A stretch of 64,000 nt of DNA from the human T2T-CHM13v2.0 reference genome, Homo sapiens: NCBI RefSeq assembly GCF_009914755.1, contig NC_060925.1. One strand, written 5' to 3'. The notes beneath the pieces were generated by a model. That model did no database searches and had not been told where the DNA came from. It worked only from the letters and a program-made list of their open reading frames with translations. Below, piece after piece: positions 23,028-35,293 of this stretch (positions are counted from its first letter, which is position 1; every line of letters begins with the position of its first letter). The position numbers were made by a program, and so were the translations under genes.

Positions 23028-24820
23028 CCCTGGGAGGCTCCCTTGGAAATGAGGAGGCCACAGCCTGCCAGGGTGGCTTGAGGGAAAGGGCCGCTGTGCT
23101 CACCCACCGGGCCCAGACCCCCCACTTTTCTCTGCAGCCACCTTGCCCTCCAAGCCCAGCTGGGTCTTCCAGTCCCCCACCAGGTAAGCCTGCTGCTTCA
23201 TCCCGAGGCCCCACCAGTGGACAGATCAGATGCTGCTGCCCAGGTCCCCCTCAGAGTTCAGGCTCAGTCCAAGGCCCAGGGCCCGGCCAGGCCCCAAGGA
23301 CATCTTGAGAGGTGCCCAGCCCCTAATCCCCTCCAGACAGACCTAGCTGCCACTAGGGCTGGTGGCCAGGGGCCTCAAAGGTAACGCACAGCCCTGTTCT
23401 GAGGGTACAGGGAGGCCCCAAGCTCCGCCTAACTACCAGGGCCTTGGAGCCAGGCTGCCCCATCACAAGCCCCGCCCCCCACTGACCCCCCAAATCCTCT
23501 TCCTTCCCTCCCTGGCTCCAGTCTGAGGATGGGGATCCACGGCCGATCGGCTTTCCCACCAGGGGCCCAGCCTGCCCAGCTCCCCCCACCCCAGGGTACT
23601 CCGGGTACCCTGTGAGCCTGGCGCCTCCAGCAGGACCCCCGCTGCCTACCCCTGGGCGTGCTGGGTCTTTTCCTGAGAGTCTTCAGGAACAGGCGGAACG
23701 GGGACACAGGCAAGAGACCCTCCCGCCCCCCACCAGCCCCAGGAGGAAGAGCTGACGAGGAGGGGGAGCCTCACCATGCAGGATAGAGGCTGGAGCCACG
23801 GGAGAGAGGCCTCCCCACACCCCAGGCAGGGGAGCTGTCCTCAGAGATGGTGATCCCTGAGCCAAGTCCGCCCACTGGGCCTCAGGCTATGGCAGGAGCA
23901 GGATTTACGAGGCCCTGCCTGCCCGGGAGGCCACGAATCTTCCCAGCCTGCAGTACTGGTGTCACCCAGGCAGGTCAGGGCTGGTCCCAAAACCTCAGCC
24001 AGGAGCACTGACGAAAACCAGCTGGCCCGGAGTCCACCACGAGTGGCTCCAGAGGAGAGGCAGGGCAGCGGCAGGCATCGGGGGCTTCACAGGGGGCCCT
24101 GCACTGGAAAGTCACCCCTTCAGGAGGGGTGGGCAGCCTCTCACCCCGCTGTGCCTCAGAGGTCCAACTTCTGGGAACAGGTGGGCCCGGGAGCACCCCG
24201 TTGGCCAGCACACCAGAAAGTGCCGACGTGGGTGGGTGGCACGGCTGGGGCCTGCCTGGTCTTCCTCCCCAGGAATGTTCTGCCTGGAACCCAGCTGCTC
24301 CCCTCCGCCAACACCTCAGGGGCAGGGACAAGCGGGGGGCCCTGTGCGAGCTTGCTCTGTGGGGCCCACATGCCTCCTGGTGTCCTGTGGGGAACAAGCT
24401 TGGCGCCTGCTTCCAGAACGCCTGCTTGGGGTGGGGAAGAGCACATGCGCCCCATCCCGCCCCCGGCAGCCACCGTGACCCCCTTGCCATGCACCCTGCT
24501 GCATGCCGTGGGCAGGGGCACTAAGACGACACCTCAGGAGGAGACGGTGAGGACTCTGGGTTCCAACACTGGGCTGGGAGCATCAACCAGCGCCCCGACC
24601 AGGCGGCTCCGAGAGAGGGTCGCTGGGGGATGGCAGCAACACTGGAAAAGCCAGCGGGGTCTAACAAGGGGTGGGGACCCAGCCGGGCCAGGCGGGAGGG
24701 GGACGGCACTCCAGGTGTCCCGGTGAGAGGGGAGGGCGGCTTCAGCCTGGGGGAAGAGGGGCAGGTAATTCACCTGGAGTCAGGTAAGGGCCCCAGGGTC
24801 CCAGCTGCTACAGGAGGCAG

Positions 24821-25217
24821 CTACATCCCTTTCCTGGGGCTGATGTACCAGAGTGTCACTAACCAGGTGGCTTAAACAACAGAAGCCTCTCTTAAAGTTT
24901 TAGAGGCCGGAAGTCCAAAGTGAGAATGACTGGGCCCCCCAGGCAGGTGCTCCAGAGCCTCTCCCACAACTGGATCCTCTCACTCTAGCCTCTGTCTCTG
25001 AGGTCCCCCTGCCCCTCCTCTCCTGTGCCAGCCTCTCTCCCTCCATGAGGACATGAGTGACAGCATTCAGGGTCCACCTGGGCAACCCAGGGCCACCTTC
25101 CCATCTCAAATTCCTGAAAGTGATCACATCTACAAAGTCGTTGCCATTCAAGGTAAAGGTCACAGTTCCCTGAGATTAGGCTGTGGACATCGCGGGGCCA
25201 CTATTCTGGAAACCACA
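24821..25217 (-). mobile_element. MLT1 (MaLR) LTR, degenerate
   Basis: GGTGGCTTAAACAACAGAA...GGAAGTCCAA...GATCACATCTACAAAG...AGGTCACAGTTC...ATTAGG pattern. Confidence 0.7.
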
Positions 25218-27229
25218 GTGTGGAGGCTAGGGCCACTGATTTGGGGGTTGGCCTCTTCCAGCTCCCTCAGGGAAAAGACAGGGCGGCTGGCAGGGGAGTG
25301 GGACAAGGGCTGATCCCAGGTCCTGCCCGGCCCTCTCCCGTCCTGGAACCCAGCCACACCCTCTTGTCCAGGGCAATGGGAGAAAGCAGGAAAGACCAAA
25401 GCCTGGATCCCACCAGGCCAACACCCCACGCACGGGGCCTGCTGGCCGGAGAGAAGCACAGGTGGTCCCCACCACCCACCCACCCACCCACCCAGGGCTA
25501 TGGATCAGGGCCGAGAAGGGGCCTCTTCTGCCCAAAAAGACAGCAAGCAGGAGGAGCTGGGCACGAAGAGGGTGTGAGCTGCAGGAGGCCTCTCCCTGCG
25601 CCTCCACCCACGCTCAGCTGGAAGCCAGGTGCCCAAAGGCAGGGCAGAGGCCCTGAGGGCCAGGTTCCAGGCTGGCATGGCCTCAGGCCGCTGGGTGTGG
25701 CTGACCCCCAAGCCGCTCTGGGCCTCCACCACCCATGTCCAGACGAGACAGGAAAGTACAGGCAGGATGAGAGCCGGGGCAAGGCGACTCCTGTAAGCAC
25801 TGAGGGCGCCGTGTTTAATGTGGGCGGCTCAGAAATGAAAGCAGGAGACGGCAGAGCTCCTGGGGTCTGGCCTGCGGCCCCCATCCTCCACGACTAGAAC
25901 CAAGACCCCTGTGGTTCTCATGGCTGCAAAGGGGGCCCCAGGGAGCTGAACCCGTCAGTGAAACAGCAGGAGCCTGCAGGGCCGAGAGGAGCCTTCTCCA
26001 GCCCGCCCTGCCCCGCAGGGCTGCCAGGTCAGGTGCCTGCTGCCGCTCATGCCAGAAGCTCCTCCTGGGGTCTCAGGCCAAGACCTGGAAAGCCGGGCCA
26101 GCGGCGGCATCCAAAGGCAGGACTTGCCCCTGCCCCCAACCGAGGAAGCGAGGTATCCTGGAAGACTGAGCTGGCATCCTTCTGAGCATCTGTCCAAGAA
26201 GAAAGTGCCCCAAATAAGTCTCCAACTCAAGCTGTCCCATCATCTCTGGGGGAGGGACTGTGGCTGCAAGTCCACCTAGGACTGGCTACATCTCAAGTCT
26301 GCCCGCCCACCCACAGGACTCACGGGATCCTGGCTGGCCCTGGAACCAGCTGGAGTCCGTGGCCAGGGGAGCCCCTCTCCAAGGTGGGCTGGGTTCAGAG
26401 ACCTTGGGGGTGGGCTCCACCTGTTACAGCAGGAGTGGCCTTCCGTGGCCCAGGTGCTAAGTGAACCACGTCCCTGTTGCTGGGCCACCCTGTGAGTCCA
26501 TGCTCTGCTCCCCAAGCCCCGTCAGGATTTCCCAGGATGGGGAGTGGGGCAGGGTCCCCATACATAACCTAGAGCTCTGTGTGAGGCCCGCAGGCCAGGT
26601 CAGAATTAAACTCCATGATCTTGGCACAAAGACACCCCCATGAGCTCCCAGAGGTGACAACGTCACACTCATTACACGAAGTTTCATGGTAAGTGGCGCA
26701 TCCAAAACCGCCGGCTGGCTGAACCAAATTGGCCCGGGACCTCCTCACGGAGCCACAGCCAGCAGGGGTAGGAGAAACCTCGGCAAAGCAAGAGACGCCC
26801 TGGGCCTCCTCTCGGCCGCCCACCAGGTTTTCTGCCTGCTTCCCACTCCAGTGAGTCAGGAGCGGGTCACAGAGGCTGCAGCAGCGGAACTACCTGCAAA
26901 TGAGAGGACAGAGGACCCGGTGACTGCCTGAGGCCGGGACACACTGGAGACGAATAGGACTGACCACCAAGCAGACTGCAGGCAGCTTAAGAGCTCCATT
27001 GTGGACAAGGGGTGGCACGTACGTTATCCTTCAAAACAGGACACTGGAGAGCAGAAGAGGCTCCAGTGAAAACACAAGGATGCAGGTACTTCACGTCCCT
27101 GTCCCAACCACACGCGCTCACAGACCGGAGAATGTTAAAAACTGCCGAGCCTGCCGGGTGAGGATGGTGAGGCTGCCTCATGGTACAGGGGAGCCAGGGC
27201 TGTGGAAAGAACGAAGGCAGCCCCTCAGC

Positions 27230-27636
27230 CGACCTGACCTAGGAAGCCGATCCCGGCTTATCTGGGGGGCCTGGTGGAATCACATGGAGTTTCATGGGTG
27301 CTGGGGATGCGGGGAAGGCAGGAGGGAAGGTCGGAGTCAGAGAGAGAGGCAAGGACATCGCAGCAGCCAGGAGAGACGGGCGCTGCTGCCTTGGAAGGAC
27401 GAGGAAGGAGCCACGAGCCAAGGAACGTGTGAGCTCCCCAAAAGCTGGAAAAGGCAGGGAGACGGCAAGACTCTCCCTGGGTCCCCAGAAGGGACCAGCC
27501 CTGACAAGACCTTGGCGTAAGCCCAGGGAGACCTGAGCTGGGATTCTACCTTCTACGACTAGAGATCACAGATCTGTGCTGTTTGAAGCATTACACTTCT
27601 AACCATTTGTCATGGCAGCAAAAGAAAAATTGAACC
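27230..27636 (+). mobile_element. MLT1D/E-like LTR fragment
   Basis: GGAGCCACGAGCCAAGGAA...AAGCTGGAAAAGGCAGGGA...CCAGCCCTGAC...TGTGCTGTTTGAAGC...TTTGTCATGGCAGCA. Confidence 0.65.
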
Positions 27637-28665
27637 TTTACCATGAAAAACAAACAGAACGCAGCTTCCCCCGCAGAGCTCTGCAGGCTGCTCCCGGCTG
27701 CAGCTGCCCTTGGCTCCCAGGGTGGCGAGGGCATCCTGCCCGGCCAGGCTGGCCTGGAGGGGTCTTGAGGAGGAGCCACTGTCTAAGCAAGCCCGGCGTC
27801 CAGGCTACGTGCCCACCTCGCTGGGCGGTTATCTCTGCGCCTGCAGCTCAGAAGCCCTGCCAGCCTGCGGTAGCCAGAACATTCCAACCCCAATTCCCAT
27901 CAGACCCCGCCCCACCTTGGCACAGGCCACAGGGAGCCGGACACAGGGCCCGCTCATCCCTCGCTCACTCCCACAGCCAGCGCTGCGGAGCACCGAGGGA
28001 TGCCCAGCCCTGGCAAGGAGAGACGGGGGGCCCAGGAAGCACCAGCAGCAGGGGGAGTTCAGGGGATAAAGTGCAGAAGGGCATATCAGGGAAGGCCTCC
28101 CAGAAGAAGCGGCCCGTGGGCAGACGTCGTTTGCACAGGCTCAGGGAAAACCGTCTAATCTATGAGGCGCCGTCCGGGTGGGCACAGCAGTCAAGAGGGC
28201 TGGGTGTCTCCACAGGCTCTCAGGAAACAAACATCGAAAGCTCAGCCCTATCGTGAGTGTTGTTGGGTGGTCTGCTGTGTAAAGGAGCCACACAGAGCCC
28301 TCTGCATAGGAAGCATGCTTCCGCGGTGCAGCTGGCCTTCCCCTCCCCGCTCCGTGCAGTGGTTCAGCCGGGCCGGTGGTCACGATCTGGATGTGCTAAG
28401 TTCAGAGTCTCCTTCAGACCCTCAGCACTCACTGCCTGCAGGACACACATCACCCAGCTCTCCTGGTCCAATGTCACCGAGGTGACAGCTCCAGGAACTG
28501 CCTGACCAGCTTTTCTCCTTTCTCCACTCTGAGGACTGTGCAGTGCCACCGTCCCTGCCTCTCTCGTCCCCTCCTCTCTCTCCCACTCCACCAACTGGTC
28601 ATGCATAAATGTACATGTGACTGTGTCGACCTCCTTTCTAATTTTCTTCTAAAACTGAACATCTA

Positions 28666-29371
28666 GGTCTGGTGCGGTGGCTCACACCTGTAATCCCATC
28701 ATTTTAGGAGGCCAAGGCAGGAGGATCACTTGAGGCCAGGAGTTCAATATGTTGGGACAACTAAGGCCCTCCTCAAAGACTCAACTTCCTGGTCATAAGT
28801 TGTAAGGTTGTAAATCAACCCTACCCCCTTCTTGCCCCGACTTCCCTTTTTCTTGCTCGCAAGACGTGCGTTTTCCCTATTTGGAAAGAGTTTCGTTCTA
28901 AGCCAACTGGGATCAGCTTAGGTTGTGCGGTCCAACTGCAGCCAATAGGGGAAAAACACAGAAACCAGAACTGCGTTAGGGATAAAAATCCCTTCCTTTC
29001 TCTGTTCGGTGTGCTCTTGCGATCGTGATGGATGCGAGCAGCACCCTTCTGCCTTGCTGAGAAGTGAAGTTGCCTTGCTGAGAAATTTTTGGTCTAAGTG
29101 CTGGTTCTTGTTTGCAGCGCTGAGCACCTGTTTCTAACAAATACTAGCCTGGGCAACACAGCAAGACACCATCTCTACAATTTTTTTTTAAATTGGTTGG
29201 GCATAATGGGGTGCCTGTGGTCCCAGCTACTCAGGAGGCTGAGGGGGAGGATCACTTGAGCCCAAGAGTTCAAGGCTGCAGTGAGCCATGATTGTGCCCC
29301 TGCACTCCAGCCTGGGTGACAGAGTGAGACCCTGTCTCAAAACAAAACAAACAAAAATAAAAATGAAAAAT
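28666..29371 (+). mobile_element. AluJ-like element interrupted by a solo LTR
   Basis: Alu left arm 28666-28749 resumes at 29140 (CTAGCCTGGGCAACA...) and runs to an A-rich tail. Degenerate TSD AAAACTGAACATCT (28651-28664) / AAAACCGAATATCT (29372-29385). Confidence 0.92.
28750..29139 (+). mobile_element. 390-bp ERV1-class solo LTR (family not assigned)
   Basis: TGTT...AACA termini. Perfect 4-bp TSD AATA (28746-28749 / 29140-29143). CCAAT near 28942 and TATA-like GATAAAAA at 28981. Confidence 0.85.
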
Positions 29372-29674
29372 AAAACCGAATATCTTAGAAGATTCTTCTC
29401 CATCACTCATCCCCTCCCTCTGCACTGGGAGCTCTGGGAGCTCTGGGAGGCAGCTCACTCTGCAAGGTGGTTGGAGGAGGAACCCTGGGGGCCTCTGCAG
29501 TGCACTAAGGCCATTCGGCATGGCAGCCACTTGCCCCGTCCTTAAACCTCAGGCCCTGAGAAGTCATTCCAAAACTACTACCTTCCATGGGGTGGTTCCT
29601 CCTAATTTAGGTTACTGGTCTTGCAACAGAAGAGCTTCCTCACACCACTAGGAACCTCGACATTTGACCATTCA

Positions 29675-29860
<186 letters not shown>

Positions 29861-30039
29861 GAAGTCTACTTGCAAACACTTGTGATAATCACACTTACAA
29901 ACCCAGTGGCTTGGGAGTGGGACGGTGGGAGTATGAAGCCCAGACACTGAAAGCGCAGAGCCATCCTCTGCGGAAGACACAGGAAAGGAGGCGTCTGGAC
30001 ATGCACCAAGCAAGAAAGCACCAAAATAAGCACTCGCCC

Positions 30040-30344
30040 GGCCGGGTACGGTGGCTCAAGCCTGTAATCCCAACACTTCGGGAGGCCGAGGCGGGCAAAT
30101 CACGAGGTCAGGAGTTCAAGACCAGCCTGGCCAACATGGTGAAACCCCATCTCTACTAAAAATACAAAAAATTAGCTGGGCATGGTGGCAAGTGCCTATA
30201 ATCCCAGCTACTCGGGGGGCTGAGGCAGGAGAATGGCATGAACCCGGGAGGCGGAGGTTGCAGTGAGCCGAGATCACACCATGGCACTCAGCCTGGGCAA
30301 CAGTATGAGAGTCCGTCTCAAAATAAAAGAAAAAAAAAAAAAAA
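30040..30344 (+). mobile_element. Alu (AluS, Sg-like)
   Basis: Full dimer GGCCGGGTACGGTGGCTCA...; diagnostic ATCACGAGGTCAGGAGTTC; poly(A) tail. Confidence 0.95.
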
Positions 30345-30441
30345 GGAAACACGATGAGCCCATCTCCTGGGAGTCGGGAGGTGCTCTCAGGGCAGGAGAG
30401 GGCCTGGCAAGGTTAGTCCCAGAGGGCAAAGAAGGCTGGGC

Positions 30442-30880
30442 TTTTTTTTTTTCTTTTAACTAATAGATTTTATTTTTTAAAGCACTTTTAGGCTTATGGA
30501 AAAACTGGACAGAAAGTACAGAGTTTCCTTCTCCCAACACACATAATTTCCTGTATCATTCAATCCTCCATTGGAATGACCGCTTGGTACAGCGGACGAG
30601 CCCACGTTGACACATTGTTGTTAACTGAGTCCAGGGTTCCTTTCAGGGCCCACTAGGGGCTGTGCATTCCATGGACTTGGACAAGTGTCTCATGGCCTGG
30701 ATCCACCATTGTAAGATCACGCAGAGGAGTTCCTGCCCTAAAAATCCTCTGTGCTCCGCCTATTCACCCCTTCCTCCCTCCTTCCTCACCCCTGGCACCT
30801 CTGCTGTCTCTACGGTGTGGCCTTTCCCAGCAGTGTGTGGCCTTGGACTGCTGTCCTCACTCAGCAACTTGCATTGAGGG
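30442..30880 (-). mobile_element. L1MC-type 3' end fragment
   Basis: Poly-T, then ...AGAAAGTACAGAG...GGACAAGTGT...ATCCACCATT...TGCCCTAAAAATCCTCTGTGCTCCGCCTATTCA, characteristic of the L1MC1/2 3' UTR. Confidence 0.8.
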
Positions 30881-31002
30881 GCTGAGAGGCCCCCCTGTTC
30901 TCCAAGAGAAACGCTCCATAGGCAGGGAAAGGCTCTGGGGATCCGGGGTCCCTTCCCAGGCTTGGGGGAGGCTGGGTGCCATCAACCCCTCCCCATCTGT
31001 GG

Positions 31003-31098
31003 TTTCCAGGGCAACCCTGGAAACCAAGAGTGGGTCGCCTAGAAACGGTCAGACTGGCCCCACCCACTCTGGATTTCCAGGGTCACCCGGCAGTCCCC
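31003..31098 (-). ncRNA. MIR551A: microRNA 551a precursor; mature GCGACCCACUCUUGGUUUCCA at 31018-31038
   Basis: Reverse complement matches the remembered hsa-mir-551a stem-loop and mature sequence; the hairpin arms are visibly complementary. Confidence 0.93.
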
Positions 31099-32410
31099 TC
31101 TGGCAGCCACCGGAGCAGCCAGGAACAGCCTCAGGCGTCGGCCGCGAGGGGGTTGCTGGGCTGGCTGGTCCCCCAGGTCTCTACGCGAAGGGGGTGCTGG
31201 GCTCTACCCCCAGGCCTCTACTACCCTCTGGCACACATCCATCTAGTGCCCCAGGGGCTTCGGAGGGCAGGGGTCAGCTCTAGGCCCTTCTGTACTCCCA
31301 GAGCCAGGCATACAGGAGTCTCTGGGTCACATGAAGCTGAAGGTTCTCCCCCAAGTCTGCCCTGGTCTCTGGCAGGAGATGCTACAAGGGTAAAGGACCC
31401 GCTGGCAGGAGAGACGGCCTTTCCAAGGGGAGGCGGCACGGCAGGTCGGGTGGAGGCTGCACGCAGACCTGAGGCTGATGGAAGGGGGAGATGCAGGCTT
31501 TGAGCTGAGCTCCAGGCAATGGGCAAGGGAGGGCCCCTCCACGCTCAGCTGAGGAGCAAGGGCTACGGGGCACTCAGAGCTTCCTGTCCAGCCAGGAGCC
31601 CCCTGGGGACCCAAGCTGGAGAGGGACTCAGGCATCTGGAAGGGCCGGCAAGTTGGCAATGGGAGGCCCTGAAGGTTCCCACACAGGACCCCAGGGTGAA
31701 GAAGTCACTAACACTGTTTCCAGAAGTGGGGTCACCCCGCTGGACCAGAAGGGCCCCATCACCTTCTGCCATCAGCCCAGGACGCAACGCCCTCACCATC
31801 ACTGCTGGTGGAGAGACCCTTCCTGCAGACACCAGGCCTGGATGGTCGGGGACCATGCACCCCGCAGGGACAGAGTCACAGACCCGGGGGAGCTTGTGGG
31901 AGGCCCAGGAGCCAGGTCTGGATTCAAAGTCAGGTGCGGCTGATGACAAAGACCGTTCCCGCCCGCATCCTGGGTGTGCCCTAGGAAAGCTGCCTCTTCC
32001 AGAAACGCAGAAGCAGCAACAGAAAACACGGGGCGGGGTGGCGGGGCACACGGCAGGGAAGCCTGTCCTGCCAGGCCATCTGACTTCGCTCTCCTGACTT
32101 CTGACAGTTTCTCTGCTTACTCTGAAGTTACCAGGTTTGTCCTGTTTCTACAAACCAGCCTCCAAAACGTGGGAGGGGGCTTTTCGTTCCCATTTGTTTC
32201 CCAGAAAACAAGACAAAATGTCAAAGGAAGGAAGCCAAGAACATTCCTTGGTTCCTCCAAAGATCCAGGTCTTCACTCCCCTCCGTGGCCGAGTTCCTGG
32301 GACGTTTCATTCTTTGGCGGTGCTGGTGGGAGGCCAGCGCCATGCTTAGCGGCTGCCCCAAACCAAGGGTAAGGGGTAGGGGTAGGGGGCTGGTGTGGGC
32401 GAGCCAGGCA

Positions 32411-32710
32411 GTCTCTCTGCCCTCTCCTCTGTGTGTCTCTCAGCCTATTTCCGTGTCTCTGTCTCTTTTTGTGTCTCTCTCTGTCCTTTCTCTGTGTCTC
32501 TATTTCTCTGCGTGTTTGTCTCTTTTCCTCCATCTCTATCTTTTTCTATCTCTCTATGTCTCTTTGTCTCTGTCTTTTTCTCTGTCTCTCTTCATCCCGG
32601 TCCCTCGCTGTGTCTCTGTCTCTTGCTGTCTCTCAATATCTGTTTCTCTGTCTCTTTGTCTGTCTCTCCATCTCTCTTTGTGTCTCCCTCTCTGTCTTTG
32701 TCTTTCCCCC
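32411..32710. repeat. TC/TG-rich low-complexity pyrimidine tract
   Basis: Degenerate (TCTCTG)n-like sequence. Confidence 0.85.
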
Positions 32711-34304
32711 AAGGGCACTGATTTCTGACTCATGTGGGGTCCACCCAGATCCCCAAACCCTCGCATAGTCAATACCCACAGGAAGGAACCCAGAGGCTCA
32801 GAGGGCCTGGCCCCTGGCATCCCCCTCAGTCTGGACACAGGCTGTGACACTCCCTGCGCCTCTGGCTCAGCCTCTGAGTGCAGATCAAGAAGAATAAGAA
32901 TCTGGGGCTCAGCACTTTTCTATGATTTCCTTAAGCAGAGCTCAGACCCCCGCCAGGGGTGGGCTGGAGCCTTGCTGGGAACCCCCCAGGTCGGAGAGCC
33001 ACTACCAGGCTGGACCAGCCAAACCCTCACATCTCTCCGGTCTGAAACCAAGGGTTGGACAGGCTCAGGCCTCTGTTGGTCATGCACCTGCTGACCAGCC
33101 CCTCGACCAGACCGCCCCGTCCAGCACTCAAGGCCAGCAGCAACACCTCCCTCTGGGCCAGCTCCGGACAGGGCCTTGGTGACAGTGGAGGTGAGGACCT
33201 TGCTGGGCCAGCCCCTCTGTACACCCACCCCCAGGAAGGACGGTGGGCTGTCCTCAGGCGCCCCCAGGCCATGGCTGGAGGAAGGCTTTCAGGCACCTCT
33301 CTGCCCACCGAGGCAGCCCCCATCCTGGACTTCTGTCATCCCCTTGCTGGTCCTGCCCACACCCCTTCTTGGTCCAGTACAAGGGTCCCTCCCTGGAGGC
33401 TGCCTGCTCTGTTGAGCAGCCCTGCCCCTGCCCCCTGTGTGCAAGCCCAGCGCCGGCCCCTCACAGTGAGTCACACACATCGCACCTGCACCTTGTAGGT
33501 AGCCTGTCCCACCTGCCCAAACCTTCATCAAGACCATGGTTTCCCGGGGTCCAAGCCCATCTCCCTGTCACTCACATATGGCCATGACGCTGGGCACTGC
33601 AGGCCCAGAGTCAAGCCCCATGCCTGGCACCTATGGCAGCCCAGGTGTCTGGGCTTGGTGGACAGAGCCTCCCACCGCCCAGACCACCTGCCCTGTCCAC
33701 AGACCAGGCCACGCCCCAGCTATAGGTCCGTCCCCTCGTCGTAGCTGGAGTCACAGCTGGGGCAGGGGATGTCTGCCTCCCCACTGGACTGTAGGTCCCT
33801 GAAAACAGGCCATGCCTGCTCGGCCACCATGGTGTGGCCAGCCCCCGATCGTGCCTGGCACCCGGGAAAGGCCAGCAGACATTTTAGAAGAACGCACTTT
33901 GCTGACGGACATGGAGTGAGGAATGTTTCACTCATGAGCTGGGTTTGGCGTCGGTTCTATGGTTTTCTGCAGAGTCCCCCTCTGGCTCCCCTGACACCCC
34001 TAAGAAAGAGAGACGAGGCTGATGTTCAGGTTGTTTGAATTAAGGAGGCCCTGGGGTCAGCAAGTCCTGCTCCCATTCTACAGATGTGAACACTGAGACG
34101 GAGAGGCTGGCACAGACACCTGAGTGTGGGAGGCGCAGGCCCTGCGGTGTCTGCGCGTCTGGGGAGGGAAGTCAGACCTGCCAGGTGCCCTGAGAGGCCA
34201 GAGCCTGCCCCTTCCCAAGGCAATAGCAAAACCCTGCGACCTGAGGGCACTTGTCCTGCCAGGCCAGCCCCTCCTGGGCATAGGCACAAACAGCAACTGC
34301 TCGT

Positions 34305-34783
34305 TGTAAGGGATAATTGGAAGGACAGCCGAGAAAGGAATGAGGCCAGTAGACCCAAGTTCAGGCAAGCTGATTTACTGTCAGTCCTGCCGGGCTACCT
34401 CCTGACAAAAGCAGAGGAGGCAGCCCTGCTTACAGACTATGGCAGGGCTTTATAGGGCGAGGAACTGGGTCAGGGTGGGGGAGCTGAGTCGGGGTGGGGG
34501 AGCTGAGTCGGGGGTGCAGAAGGGCTGAGTCGGGGTGGGGGAGCTGAGTCAGGGGTGCAGGTGTCTTGACTGTATCCTAGAGATGTTTTTTGCCAGCTTT
34601 GTTATGCGAGGTGAACAGATGTTAACCTCATCTTGTAACTGCCTGGACAAACAGCTACTGGAGGGGTCAGTAAAGCGGGGGGTTGTCTTTAGCCCTGGGG
34701 GAGCTGTGCAGAGGTCACAAAAGACTGCATTGTAAGACCCATGGGAAGGGAGAGGGAACAGTCTGGCCGGGGTGACCCTAATA
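34305..34783 (-). mobile_element. 479-bp ERVL-class solo LTR (LTR32-like by recollection)
   Basis: Perfect 5-bp TSD CTCGT (34300-34304 / 34784-34788). Minus-strand TATAAA at 34449-34454 and AGTAAA at 34374-34379. The minus-strand start reads TA instead of TG; the end is CA. Confidence 0.78.
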
Positions 34784-35199
34784 CTCGTGTTCCTTCCCTC
34801 ACATCTACTGGAGCCCAAGCTTCCCCTCCCTCTCCTGTGCCCAGCACTGGCCTCCTCTCCCCACTGTGCTGGTCTAAGGTTGCCCTGGCCACCAGCCCAG
34901 CCCTGGCAAGAACCACCATCTCTCCTGGTGGCCACACAACCTCCTCACTGGACCGCCTTCCTCGACCTCCAATGTCCAGAGGTAGCTCCCCAAAGCAGGG
35001 GTATGGCCCCCACTCCCTTAAAACCCTCAGCCATGCAACAGGGGTGAGTGTCCCACTGGACAAACCCACTCTGCACCAGGCTCCCCCAAAGCCGGGGACG
35101 GGCCCCCTTCACCCCCATCTGGGCCCACCCAGGTCCTCACACAGACAGACCTCCCCTCCTGTGAGGCCCCGCCATCCCCACTACCACGGTCCCGCTCTG

Positions 35200-35293
35200 G
35201 CCGAGGCATTTTCCAGCCTGTATCCTGACATTTTCCATGGCCCCGCTCCAGCCGAGGCATTCTCCAGCCCCATATCCTGACATTCTCTACGGC
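35200..35293. repeat. About 51-bp tandem duplication
   Basis: GCCGAGGCATT(T/C)TCCAGCC...TATCCTGACATT x2. Confidence 0.75.
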
